This document shows, piece by piece, positions 12,475 to 24,887 of a stretch of DNA of 64,000 nt; position 1 is the stretch's first letter, and every line of letters begins with the position of its first letter. The stretch covers positions 124,001-188,000 of the forward strand of contig NW_024055500.1 of assembly GCF_902713615.1 (NCBI RefSeq), in the 5' to 3' direction. A program made the position numbers and the translations under genes. This stretch comes from Scyliorhinus canicula. Its lineage: Eukaryota. The notes under the pieces were generated by a model. The model was not told where the DNA came from and searched no databases. It was given only the letters and a program-made list of their open reading frames with translations.

Positions 12475-12749
12475 TCCCAGCCCCCCAGGACAGCGCAAAC
12501 CTCTGTCCAGACCCCAGTGCTGTTCACCAAGGTTACCCCAACATTTACCCCGGACCCTTAACCCCTCACATTCCGTCCATTTCAGCTGGGGATTCGCTGC
12601 TTGTGTCCACAACCTGGGAGAGACGCAGAGTTAAGACGTGTTGCAGTTATTCCCCTGTCTGACCCATCCAGGAACAAGGGGTACCCAGCACAGAGGGAGA
12701 GGGGTAACTTGAGACACCAATGGATCTTGTTATGGGATTAAACCGTGTG

Positions 12750-12812
12750 TGGGATATGGAACTGCTGACAAGCTCATCTTTGGCAATGGAACCAGAGTCA
12801 TTGTGGAACCCT
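12750..12812 (+). CDS. TRDJ: J1, delta-type joining segment GYGTADKLIFGNGTRVIVEP
   Basis: 12-RSS GGATCTTGT 12722-12730 / CCGTGTG 12743-12749, FGNG motif, phase-1 donor GTAAGT at 12813. Resembles human TRDJ1 (TDKLIFGKGTRVTVEP). Confidence 0.9.
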
Positions 12813-13536
12813 GTAAGTATCCAATTCTGTAATATAATCCCTCAGTATGTTATTTCACCTCCATGCCTTGATTTAGACAGAAAGCCGCATTGATATTGTA
12901 ATTATTTCAGTTGTATGTGCTGGATGAGTAGCTTGCAGCGGGACTCGGGATCAGACATGACAGGAATAGATGAGAGGGTTGCGATTTTGAACACAAAATT
13001 ATTTTAAACATTCCCTGGGGTTAATCATGAAACCACATGTGTGGAGCAGCGGGAGATATTTCACTGACCCGGGAGTGCAGCACAGTTAATAAACAGCACT
13101 ATAGATAGAATAGGTTCACCAACCACAGCCACTTCGATTATTTCATTTCAACTATAATCCAGCCTGTTCAGAAACACTTCCCTGCAGGACCCAATACACA
13201 ACAGTACTGAAATCTGAAAACAGTTATATTGCCAGAGTCTCCTCCACATTGTACACTTGCTAATTCAGCCGCTTAGCACAAACTGGCATTGTTAAATTGT
13301 CTTACATTTCTCTAAATTCTTAAAGTCTTATTTCTCTAAAGTTAAATATAAACATTTGTCATAGAACATACAGTGCAGAAGGGGGCCATTTGGCCCATCA
13401 AGACTGCTCCTACCCACTTCAGCCCTCACTTCCACCCTATCCCCGTAACCCAATAACCCCTCCTAATCTTTTTGGTCACAAAGGGCAATTTGTCATGGCC
13501 AATCCACCCAATCTGCACGTGCTAGCCATCACCATC

Positions 13537-14008
13537 NNNNNNNNNNNNNNNNNNNNNNNNNNNNNNNNNNNNNNNNNNNNNNNNNNNNNNNNNNNNNNNN
13601 NNNNNNNNNNNNNNNNNNNNNNNNNNNNNNNNNNNNNNNNNNNNNNNNNNNNNNNNNNNNNNNNNNNNNNNNNNNNNNNNNNNNNNNNNNNNNNNNNNNN
13701 NNNNNNNNNNNNNNNNNNNNNNNNNNNNNNNNNNNNNNNNNNNNNNNNNNNNNNNNNNNNNNNNNNNNNNNNNNNNNNNNNNNNNNNNNNNNNNNNNNNN
13801 NNNNNNNNNNNNNNNNNNNNNNNNNNNNNNNNNNNNNNNNNNNNNNNNNNNNNNNNNNNNNNNNNNNNNNNNNNNNNNNNNNNNNNNNNNNNNNNNNNNN
13901 NNNNNNNNNNNNNNNNNNNNNNNNNNNNNNNNNNNNNNNNNNNNNNNNNNNNNNNNNNNNNNNNNNNNNNNNNNNNNNNNNNNNNNNNNNNNNNNNNNNN
14001 NNNNNNNN
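13537..14008. other. Assembly gap (472 N)
   Basis: Run of N; true size unknown. Confidence 0.99.
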
Positions 14009-16266
14009 CGAGGAAGAGGGCTCTCACTGTCCACCACTTAAGCTCACGGTAGCATGGTGGTTAGCATCAATGCTTCACAGCTCCAGGGTCCCAGGTTCGA
14101 TTCCCGGCTGGGTCACTGTTTGTGTGGAGTCTGCACGTCCTCCCCGTGTGTGCGTGGGTTTCCTCCGGGTGCTCCGGTTTCCTCCCACAGTCCAAAGATG
14201 TGCGGGTTAGGTGGATTGACCATGCTAAATTGCCCGTAGTGTAAGGTTAATGGGGGGATTGTTGGGTTACGAGTATACAGGTTACGTGGGTTTAAGTAGG
14301 GTGATCATTGCTCGGCACAACATCGAGGGCCGAAGGGCCTGTTCTGTGCTGTACTGTTCTATGTTCTAAAGCTCACACCTCCACCCTATCCTCGAAACCC
14401 AGTAACCAAATAGCAAATTTAACATGGCCAATCCACCTAACCCTGCACATCTTTGGACTGTGGGAGGAAACCGGAGCACCCGGAGGAAACCCACGCACAC
14501 ACGGGGAGAATGTGCAGACTCCGAATAGACAGTGACCCAGCGGGGAATCGAACCTGGGACCCTGGCACTGTGAAGCCACAGTGCTATCCACTTGTGCTAC
14601 TGTGCTGCCCGACATATTATCTGAGCAGGCTGGTCCTATCCCTATATTCATAGGAGTTTCCCTCCTTAACCGATTTGGAAACATACAATTAGCCCTTATA
14701 TATCTGTCACCAGTCCAGAGAGAACAAAACCTTCACAAAAGTACAAAGAATGTTTCCGTGCACAAAATCCGGGATGTTACATTCCAGGAAGAGGCTGCTT
14801 GTCCAGGGTCGTCATGCCGAATCTTTGAACGACCAATCCAATTAATTCTTTCCTCCAACGCCCAACAATTGTCTTCCCTTCAATGAGTCATCGAACCCTT
14901 CTTTGCACCAATCTTTCAGCCATTGCATCAACATATCAACGTCTTACATGTACAGTTTGCAACTTTCGTACGGCAGCATGGATCATGTACCGTTTAATGG
15001 CTTCAGTTAATCTATATTCGAGCGTTAAATGTAATCAAAATGCATGATCAATAAAGGGTTCGGAACATGCAATCTGCAATTCATACAGCAATCTAATTAT
15101 TAAGGAGATAATAAATATAAACAGGAGTGGGCAGGTCTCAAAGATATGGATCATCACCTACCGAAACCACTTTACCTTTCCCAACATCCTTGATCCTAAC
15201 AGCATCACTCCCCCCCCCCCCCCCCTCCACTCCACCCCCAATATCTATCACCCTAGAAATCAGGGTTTTGAATATACTCCAGGAATATACTCCAAGATCA
15301 GTGAAGAAATGTTTCCCCAATCCAATCCAAAATGGCCGACTTTCCACTTGTTGTCTGGATCAACATTTATTATCCACGCCAACTGCTCTTAAACTGACTG
15401 CTTTATTCGGTACATAGAACATAGAACAGTACAGCACAGAACAGGCCCTTCGGCCCTCGATGTTGTGCCGAGCAATGATCACCCTACTCAAACCCACGTA
15501 TCCACCCTATACCCGTAACCCAACAACCCCCCCTTAACCTTACATTTTAGGACACTACGGGCAATTTAGCATGGCCAATCCACCTAACCCGCACATCTTT
15601 GGACTGTGGGAGGAAACCGGAGCACCCGGAGGAAACCCACGCACACACGGGGAGGACGTGCAGACTCCGCACAGACAGTGACCCAGCCGGGAATCGAACC
15701 GGTAATTTCAGAGCGTATTCTTTTGGAGTCACATGTAGGCCAGACGTTGGCATTAGTAAACCAGACGGGCTGTTACAACAATTGACAATGGTTCCGAGGT
15801 CATCATGGGATGTTTGTTGCTAGACTTGTATTCAAATCAAATGTGACCATTTGCAGTGGTGGGCTTTGAACCAGGATTCCCAGAACATTGCCCTGGCCAC
15901 GGGCTATCGATCCTGTCGCAATACAATTGGACAACCACCTCCCCATAAATGAAAGTACGACTTTGAGGCTCAGTGAGATTCATGATGTGTGTGCATGCAT
16001 TATGATGTGAAAGAACATTCACCGCCTGATCCACTCACATGCAGTTTGCAGGAGACATAACCCCAAGTGAATAAGTCCCATAATTATTATTGGTGGCAAT
16101 ATTGTAAACCATTTTGCACCTTGCTTAGTTCCTCTATGCCTGTGTTATATCCTGGAGACCAGTTGGTATTGTGGGGGTGTAAAATGTGCAATAGTTATCA
16201 CTTCTATAGAGTTCAGAATGGTTCTCTGTCTGGTGATGAGTTTCTGCACCAGTGTTTAGCACTGTG

Positions 16267-16323
16267 TTAACTATTATGGAAAGCTTACCTTCGGCAAAGG
16301 AACACAACTTACAGTGGAACCAA
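16267..16323 (+). CDS. J2: NYYGKLTFGKGTQLTVEP
   Basis: AGTTTCTGC 16239-47, 12 bp, CACTGTG 16260-66; FGKG; donor GTAAGT at 16324. Confidence 0.9.
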
Positions 16324-17250
16324 GTAAGTATACACTGTTACATAAAAGGGCAGCACAGTAGCATTGTGGATAGCACAATTGCTTCACAGCTCCAGGGTCC
16401 CAGGTTCGATTCCCGGCTTGGGTCACTGTCCGTGCGGAGTCTGCACATCCTCCCCGTGTGTGCGTGGGTTTCCTCCGGGTGCTCCGGTTTCCTCCCACAG
16501 TCCAAAGATGTGCGGGTTAGGTGGATTGCCCATGATAAATTGCCCTTAGTGTTGGGTGGGGTTATGGGGATAGGGTGGAGGTGTTGACCTTGGGTAGCGT
16601 GCTCTTTCCAAGAGCTGGTGCAGACTCGATGGGCCGAATGGCTTCATTGTAAATTCTATGATAATCTATGATAGAAAAACCACATAGAAAAATACAGCAC
16701 AGAACAGGCCCTTCGGCCCACGATGTTGTGCCCAACCTTTGTCCTAGATTAATCATAGACCCGGAAACACTGGAAGTGTGAAAAAAGTTTTATTTTCTCA
16801 CATCACATTTGCTTCTTTTGCGAACACTTTAATTCTGTTCTATCTCGTTCTTGGCCCTTTGAGGAGTGGGGACGGTTTTGCCCCATCTTCTCTCTCCAAC
16901 CTCCTCGTGTGCCTGATCCTCTCTGTCAGTAGAACTGAATCAGTCAAATGTAAATGTAGTGGCAAATGTACAGACATCGACTAACATTCCCCATCCCCCA
17001 ACATGCTACCTCTTTCATGGGTAAACGATTCTCTGCCATCAGCTGACGTATGAGAATTGGAAAAGTGTTGGTATCTAGTAAGAAAAAATAAATATGCTTC
17101 AACCCATTAACGGTGTTTCATGGTGTACAGTATCCAAATGCTAACTGCAAAATAATGGGTTTTGTGTGAATCAAAACCTGGTATAAAATATATTTTTTCG
17201 AGTGGTGGAACCTGTGCAGTCATGTTTTAGAGCTGGCTCTTATTACTGTG

Positions 17251-17311
17251 GGGATAGGGTTTGCAAGTAAACTAATCTTTGGAGGCGGAACTGAATTGAC
17301 TGTCGATCCAA
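17251..17311 (+). CDS. J3: GIGFASKLIFGGGTELTVDP
   Basis: TGTTTTAGA 17223-31, 12 bp, TACTGTG 17244-50; FGGG; donor GTGAGT at 17312. Confidence 0.88.
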
Positions 17312-18981
17312 GTGAGTAACATTTAGGAGAACCGTTCACCTTTTTATACATGTAAAATGAAAATCCCTTATTGTCACAAGTAAGCTTCAAATTAAGTTGC
17401 TGTGAAAAGCCCCTAGTCACCACATCCCGGCGCCTGTTCGGGGAGGCTGGGAAGGGAATTGAACCGTGTTGCTAATCTGCCTTTGGTCTGCTTTGAAAGC
17501 CAGCGATTTAGCCCTGTGCTAAACCAGCCCCTGTACTTGCCTTGTGGTGTGTGCTCGATCTTGGAGGACGAGCTGTGTACACATTTCAGAATCTACTGAG
17601 CTCCTGTGACGTTCTGAGAATGGGCCATCTCGCTTCATGGTCAATTACACACTTCTTTGTAAGCTGATGCTGGTGTATATGACATGGTAATGTAGGGAAG
17701 GGAATGGTCCATTTGTAGCCACTTGGCCCAAGCAGTAATGTGATTGTGACCAGTTGAGCTTTATTCAATGGGACACTGGGTTGAAGACCAAAGTTCTTCT
17801 CCGAATCCTTCCTTTGGCCAGGTTATGTCACCAAAGGGTCCTGACAGAACGGTGGCTTGCTCCCTCCTGAGAAAGATGGTTCCTCAAACGTTACAGCGCT
17901 CCTTCAGTAGTGTGATGGTGTTGGCAATCTGCATTCAATGCACACGTAGCGAGGGGCTTGAAGTCACAGTCATTCTAAACCCAGAGGCCGGAGAGCTGCA
18001 CACTGACCCTTAAAGAGTGTCCAATAGGGGCAACACGGTGGCACAGTGGTAGCACTGCAGTCTCACGGCGCTGAGGTCCCAGGTTCGATCCTGGCTCTGG
18101 GTCACTGTCCGTGTGGAGTTTGCACATTCTCCCCGTGTTTGCGTGGGTTTCGCCCCCACAACACAAAGATGTGCAAGGTAGGAGGATTGAACACGCTGAA
18201 TTGCCCCTTAATTGGAAAAAATGAATTGGGTACTCTAAATTTATTTTAAAAAAAATAAAAAAAAAGTGTCCAATAAATCTGCCCCGACTTTCACTAAAAT
18301 CAGAATCAAGCTTAACAAATATTGATAACACTCCTTCGCAATCTGGTGCCTGGGGCGAGAATTTCAGGCCCATTAGCAGGTTTATAGATTTTTGCTCATC
18401 ATGGGCAGCACGGTAGCATGGTGGTTAGCATAAATGCTTCACAGCTCCAGGGTCCCAGGTTCGGTTCCCGGCTGGGTCACTGTCTGTGCGGAGTCTGCAC
18501 GCCCTCCCCGTGTGTGCGTGGGTTTCCTCCGGGTGCTCCGGTTTCCTCCCACAGTCCAAAGATGTGCGGGTTAGGTGGATTGGCCATGCTAAATTGCCCG
18601 TAGTGTCCTAAACAAAGTAAGGTTAAGGGGGGGGGTTGTTGGGTTACGGGTATAGGGTGGATACGTGGGTTTGAGTAGGGTGATCATTGTTCGGCACAAC
18701 ATCGAGGGCCGAAGGGCCTGTTCTGTGCTGTACTGTTCTATCTATGTAGATATATTCAGGGGCTGGTTTAGCACACTGGGCTAAATAGCTAATGTTCCTA
18801 TTGTTCCCATTTTGGGGGGCAGATACCCCAGTGAGTTTTAAGTTGTACTATTCACATGCAGTAGCAGCTATAGAGGCTCCCAACCATTCGTGAATATTGC
18901 GAATTGCTTGCTGTGCATATTTCCTGGCATCTGAATGAGCTGATATTGTGGAAGGTTTATGTCTAGTGAGTTGTCACTGTG

Positions 18982-19047
18982 CTGGTTACTATGATTATAC
19001 TGAAAAACTCACCTTCGGCAGCGGTACCTCACTGCAGATTGTGCCAA
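18982..19047 (+). CDS. J4: GYYDYTEKLTFGSGTSLQIVP
   Basis: GGTTTATGT 18954-62, 12 bp, CACTGTG 18975-81; FGSG; donor GTAAGT at 19048. Confidence 0.9.
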
Positions 19048-21556
19048 GTAAGTGCGAGATCTTTTATCTTTCTCTGCTTTGATGGACATCCCTGTTACAC
19101 CTTGGCAAAGAGCCACATTAACGGGCAAAATTAAAAGCAAATCTCTTTTGAAAGATGGTGATCCAGGGGTCTATGATCAGCAAGTTTCCAGACAGCATGT
19201 GCATTGGTGGTTTGATAAAGAGTCAGGAGGGAAAATTTACCTTACAGCACCAGAGATGTTAATTCAATTCCACCCCTGGGACTATGTGGAGTCTGCACGT
19301 TCTCCCCGTGTCTGCGTGGGTTTCCTCCGAGCGCACCGGTTTCGTCCCACAGTCCACAGACGTGCAGGTTAGGTGGATTGGCCAAGCAGAACCCAAAACA
19401 GTTAGGTGGGATGACTGGGTTACCGGGATAGCGTGGGGGCAGGTGCCCTTTGAAAGGTTTTTGCAGACTGGATGGGCCGAATGCACTCCTTCTGCACTGT
19501 CGTGATTGTATGGTATGTGTGTGTGTTTAACCCAGGAAGATTTCATGTTTTCAAATGGGATAAAGTTTCATTTGGCCGTTGTAACAACTGGACATGACCT
19601 ATTTTAGTATATCTGTAAACAACGTGAAATGAAATGAAATGAAAATCGCTTATTGTCACGAGTAGGCTTCAATGAAGTTACTGTGAAAAGCCCCTAGTCG
19701 CCACATTCTGGCGCCTGTCCGGGGAGGCTGGTACGGGAATCGAACCGTGCTGCTGGCCTGCTTTAAAAGCCAGCGATTTAGCCGAGTGAGCTAAACCAGC
19801 CCCCTGTGTCACGATCTAGATTCAGGGCAGGAATATAAGATTGCAACTGACAAATCTGGGGCTGGATTAGCACAGGGCTAAAGAGCTGGCTTTTAAAGCA
19901 GACCAAGGCAGGCCAGCAGCACGGTTCAATTCCCGTACCAGCCTCCCCGAACAGGTGGCGGAATGTGGCGACTAGGGGCTTTTCACAGTAACTTCATTGA
20001 AGCCTACTTGTGACAATAAGCGATTTTCATTTCATTCGTCTCATCTGGATAGTTGCCTTTTTTCACTCAGGCATACAGTATGAGAGCGGGGAGGTTATTA
20101 TTGAGATGTCTGAAATGCTCTTTAGTCCACCGTTCTGGTCACCTCACTGGAGGAAGGATGTGATTCTATTAGAGAGGGTGCAGAGGAGATTCACCAGGAT
20201 GTTACCTGGCGTGGAGTGTTTCAGCTATGGAGAGAGGCTGGTTAGGCCGGGGTTGTCTTCATCAGAGCGGAGGAGGGAGCCTGGTTGAACATAGAACAGA
20301 CAGTGCAGAAGGAAGCCATTCGGCCCATCGATTCTGCACCGACCCACTTAAGCCCTCACTTCCACCCCATCCCCGTAGCCCAATAACCCCTCCTAACCTT
20401 TTTTTTGTCACGAAGGGCAATTTATCATGGCAAATCCACCTAAACCTGCACGTCTTTGGATTGTGGGAGTAAACCAGCGCACCCGGAGGAAACCCACGCA
20501 GACACGGGGAGAACGTGCAGACTCCGCACAGACGGTGCAGACACTCCCCAGCGGGGAATTGTACCTGGGGCCCTGGCGCTATGAAGACACAGTGCTAATC
20601 ACTTGTGCTACTGTGCTGCCATTGAGGTGTACAGAATTATGAGGGACAGAGATATGGCTGATTGGAGTCGCAGCACGGTAGCATGGTGGTTAGCATAAAT
20701 GCTTCACAGCTCCAGGGTCGCAGGTTCGATTCCCGGCTGGGTCACTGTCTGTGCGGAGTCTGCACGTCCTCCCCCTGTGTGCGTGGGTTTCCTCCGGGTG
20801 CTCCGGTTTCCTCCCACAGTCCAAAGATGTGCGGGTTAGGTGGATTGGCCATGCTAAATTGCCCGTAGTGTCCTAGAAAGTAAGGTTAAAGGGGGGGGTT
20901 GTTGGGTACGGGTATAGGGTGGATACGTGGGTTTGAGTAGGGTGATCATGGCTCGGCACAACATCGAGGGCCGAAGGGCCTGTTCTGTGCTGTACTGTTC
21001 TATGTTCTATGTTCTATGCTGTTGCTTCCCCATCAGTAGAGAGGTGTATATTCAGGATGCACAGATTGAAGGGAAGGGGCAGGAGATTTGGATGGGGATC
21101 TGAGAAAACACCGAGATGCTGGTCAGAACCTGGATCTCGCTGCCCGAAAGGGTGATAGAGGCAGAAACCCTCACCACATTTAAAAGCATTTAGATGAGCA
21201 TTTGAAATGCCACAACACACGAGGTCACGGGCCAAGTGCCGGACAGTAGGTTTAAAATAGATAGGTTGAGGGGCCTCTCTTCGCGCTGTAGAACTCTATA
21301 ACTGTTCTCGCACTTGTGTCCGACATCCTGCACATTCTGAATGTCTTTCAACAACATAAGACGTCAATTGGAAAGGGCATGACGATCAATAGCGGAATAG
21401 AAGCAGTTCCATTGTTGCCTGGAAGTAACCTGATCTGGTTTTGGAAGCAAGTAGCACCTCACTGAACTCTCGCAGTGAAAGGGAAGAGAAAATATAAACT
21501 CTTAAAGTCCCCTTGCTCTGGTTGGGCTTATTCTTGTAGCACCTGCTATCACTGTG

Positions 21557-21608
21557 ATATATGATAAGCTTATCTTTGGCAGCGGATCAACACTCACTGT
21601 GGAACCCA
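21557..21608 (+). CDS. J5: IYDKLIFGSGSTLTVEP
   Basis: TATTCTTGT 21529-37, 12 bp, CACTGTG 21550-56; FGSG; donor GTAAGT at 21609. Confidence 0.9.
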
Positions 21609-23430
21609 GTAAGTCTTTGAATGCCTTCAATTTGTACTTCCTATCGCGAAAAACAGTAGAAATGCAATTTCCTGATATACGTGCAAACCATTTCACAATC
21701 TAAAACAGTAGCACTGTAACTGACAAATTAGTGAAAGGGATTCTGCCCCTGTGCAGCCAGTCAGTACCCCTGAAGGAGGCCATTCGGCCCATTGTGTCTG
21801 TTATTAGGATAAGTAAGACAGTTAATTTTAACTTCAGGTGAACCATGTTTGCGCGTCTTTGGGATTAGTTTGCTGCGATCCTTGTCTCCAGGTTTGCTCC
21901 CGACCCCGATCAGTCAATGTTGGAGCTTATCTGCTGTGTTACAAGTAGCGATCTGCATGAGCTGCTCCAATGGAAGGTTGTTGACTGGGTAGTTGTTACC
22001 GTCCAGGGCATTATGGGCCATACCAGCACGTTTCCCCAAGGGCAGAAGCACATAGAACATAGAACAGTACAGCACAGAACAGGCCCTTCATGTTGTGCCG
22101 AGCCATGATCACCCTACTCAAACCCACGTATCCACCCTATACCTGTAACCCAACAACCCCCCCCCCCCCAACCTTCCTTTTATTAGGACACTACGGGCAA
22201 TTTAGCATGGCCAATCCACCTAACCCGCACATCTTTGGACTGTGGGAGGAAACCAGAGCACCCGGAGGAAACCCACGCACACAGGGGGAGGACGTGCAGA
22301 CTCCACACAGACAGTGACCCAGCCGGGAATCGAACCTGGGACCCTGGAGCTGTGAAGCAGTTATGCTAACCACCATGCTACCCTGCGACATATGTGTCGA
22401 TTGTACCCAATAATTAGGACTGAAGCTTCTTCCCCCTCCTATTTCATGTTGTTTTCTTGTCGGTGATGTCTGAGGAATGGGGGGGGGGGGGGGTGGGGGC
22501 AAGGCAGTGGGTGCAATACAAGTGGAGGCTTTCCCCCAAGACAGTCAGCTTCATGAAGATAGTTAACAAGCTCTGCTCAATCCTTGCCAAGAGGTGAGAC
22601 AGCCTCGCCCGCATGCTCAGGCTGTGACTCTTGTATTGGAAGCCCCCACCATCGGGGACATCCTTCCTGCATCCACCCTGTCCAATACTGTTAGAATTCT
22701 ATAGGTTTCTATGAGACCCCCCCCTCATTCTTCTGAACAGTGAATACAATCCTAACTGATTCAATCACTCCACGTCAGTCCCGCCATCCCAGGAATCAGT
22801 CTGGTAAACCTTCGCCGCACTCCCTGCAGAGCATGAACATTCTTCCTCAGATCAGGAGACCAAAACTACCCACAATGCTCCAAGTGTGGCCTCACCAAGG
22901 CCCTGTCTAATTGCAGCAAGGTATCCCTGCTCCTTTACCCGAATACCCTCTCTGTGAAGGCCATCATGCCATTTACCTGGAGGCATGAGACTCCGGGAAA
23001 GCAGCAACGTGGGTAACTATCAAACTCACCCCTGGAATGTAGTTTCAGCAATAAATGCAGACCACCCAGCCACGCCCACATCCCGAAAATTAATAAAAAA
23101 ATACATATATCCAACTCAGCTTCCAATGCTGAGAGTAGTTGGACGCAGGTGAATTCTGGGCATCGATAATGTGGCAGGGACCGGGCAGGATGGTGGCGGA
23201 GTGGTTAGCACTGCTGCCTCATGGTTCAATCCCGGCACCGGGTCACTATCTCTGTGGAGTTTGCACATTCTCCCCGTGTTTGCGTGGGTCTCACCCCCCA
23301 CCCCACAACCAAAAGATGTACAGGACAGGTGAAATGGTCATGCTAAATTTCCCCTTAATTCGAAAAAATGGTATTGGGAACTCTAAATTAAAAAAGAACA
23401 ATGTGACAGGGACAGAAGGGTAGAATTAAA

Positions 23431-23800
23431 CTATTATGATGAAGATATGAAACTCCCTTTTGGAAAGTTTCATGGAATTTACACTGCCATTTGGCCCATC
23501 GAGTCTGCACCGGCTCTTGGAAAGAGTACCCTACCCAAGCCCACATCACCCTCTCCCCATAATCCATTAACCCGCCCAACACTAAGGGCAATTTATCATG
23601 GCCAATCCACCTAACCCGCACATCCTTGGACTGTGCGAGGAAACCGGAGCACCCGGAGGAAACCCACGCACACACGGGGAGGACGTGCAGACTCCGCACA
23701 GACAGTGACCCAAGCCGGAATCGAACCTGGGACCCTGGAGCTGTGAAGCAACCGTGCTAACCACTATGCTACCGTGATCTGGAATAACCATTGATGCAGC
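23431..23800 (+). pseudogene. Pseudo-J a: YYDEDMKLPFGK, SINE insertion ~23470-23773, then *SGITIDA
   Basis: KLPFG motif, TGA after FGK, donor position reads CT. Paralogous to 29705 and 36701. Confidence 0.5.
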
Positions 23801-24838
23801 TGAACACAGAGTATATTTCAAACTGAACGTCTGTTTCCCTCTTATAAATCAGTCAGACGTATGATATAAGAACTGAGGCTGATGGAAACACCTCTCATCT
23901 GCAAGGAAAGGAAGCAGAGTTAACAAATGAAATACTACCCGTTGAATTGTACGCCTGTTATTTTTCCCCCGGCAACTTCTCTAGCAAGCTGAGACTCAGT
24001 TGGCCATTCCCGAATTCCAGGTGTGTGAAGCCTATGCAGAGTTCAGTTTAGAATTTCCAGAGTATTACTCTGGGTCTTTGGTGCACTAATGCAGTGACAA
24101 TATCTAATTGCCCTTGGGAAGATATTGGGGAGCCGCCTTCTTGAAACCGCTGAAGTCCTTGTGACGTAGGGACAAGTCCAACCTGCCTGCAAAACATGTC
24201 CATTGTTCACAGATGGCTACTTGGGGTTAGAAGTTCTGCACGTGGAAAAAAATTAACTACAAAAGGTGATCATTGAGCCCAAAGTTCCTAGTAATGGGAT
24301 GCCCTAGTTAGAACATAGAACAGTACAGCACAGAACAGGCCCTTCGGCCCTCAATGTTGTGCCGAGCCATGATCACCCTACTCAAACCCACGTATCCACC
24401 CTATACCTGTAACCCAACAACCCCCCCCCTTAACTTTAATTAGGACACTACGGGCAATTTAGCATGGCCAATCCACCTAACCCACACATCTTGGACTGTG
24501 GGAGGAAACCGGAGCACCCGGAGGAAACCCACGCACACAGGGGGAGGACGTGCAGACTCCACACAGACAGTGACCCAGCCGGGAATCGGACCTGGGACCC
24601 TGGAGCTGTGAAGCATTTATGCTAACCACCATGCTACCCTGCTGCCCCTTATGAGATGTAAGTGAATTATTCACTGATGTTTGAGTTGAAATGAAAACAT
24701 GCACCTCAAGGTCTTAGCTTAGTGCGAACTTAATACATTGAGCAGCTCAGGATTTATTGAGTGTACCTTGCAATGGATTAAATGGCGACAGCACCTCCAC
24801 TCCAATGGGAGGTTTATGTATGTACAATTTGTACTGTG

Positions 24839-24887
24839 ATACTTGAGCTGATGTTTGGCAGCGGCACCCAAGTGACAGTTGTACCGG
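24839..24887 (+). CDS. J6: ILELMFGSGTQVTVVP
   Basis: GGTTTATGT 24811-19, 12 bp, TACTGTG 24832-38; FGSG; donor GTGAGT at 24888. Confidence 0.88.

Noticed and set aside
13390-14052. Long ORFs here and at 60641-61310
   Set aside because: Artefacts of reading through N gaps.
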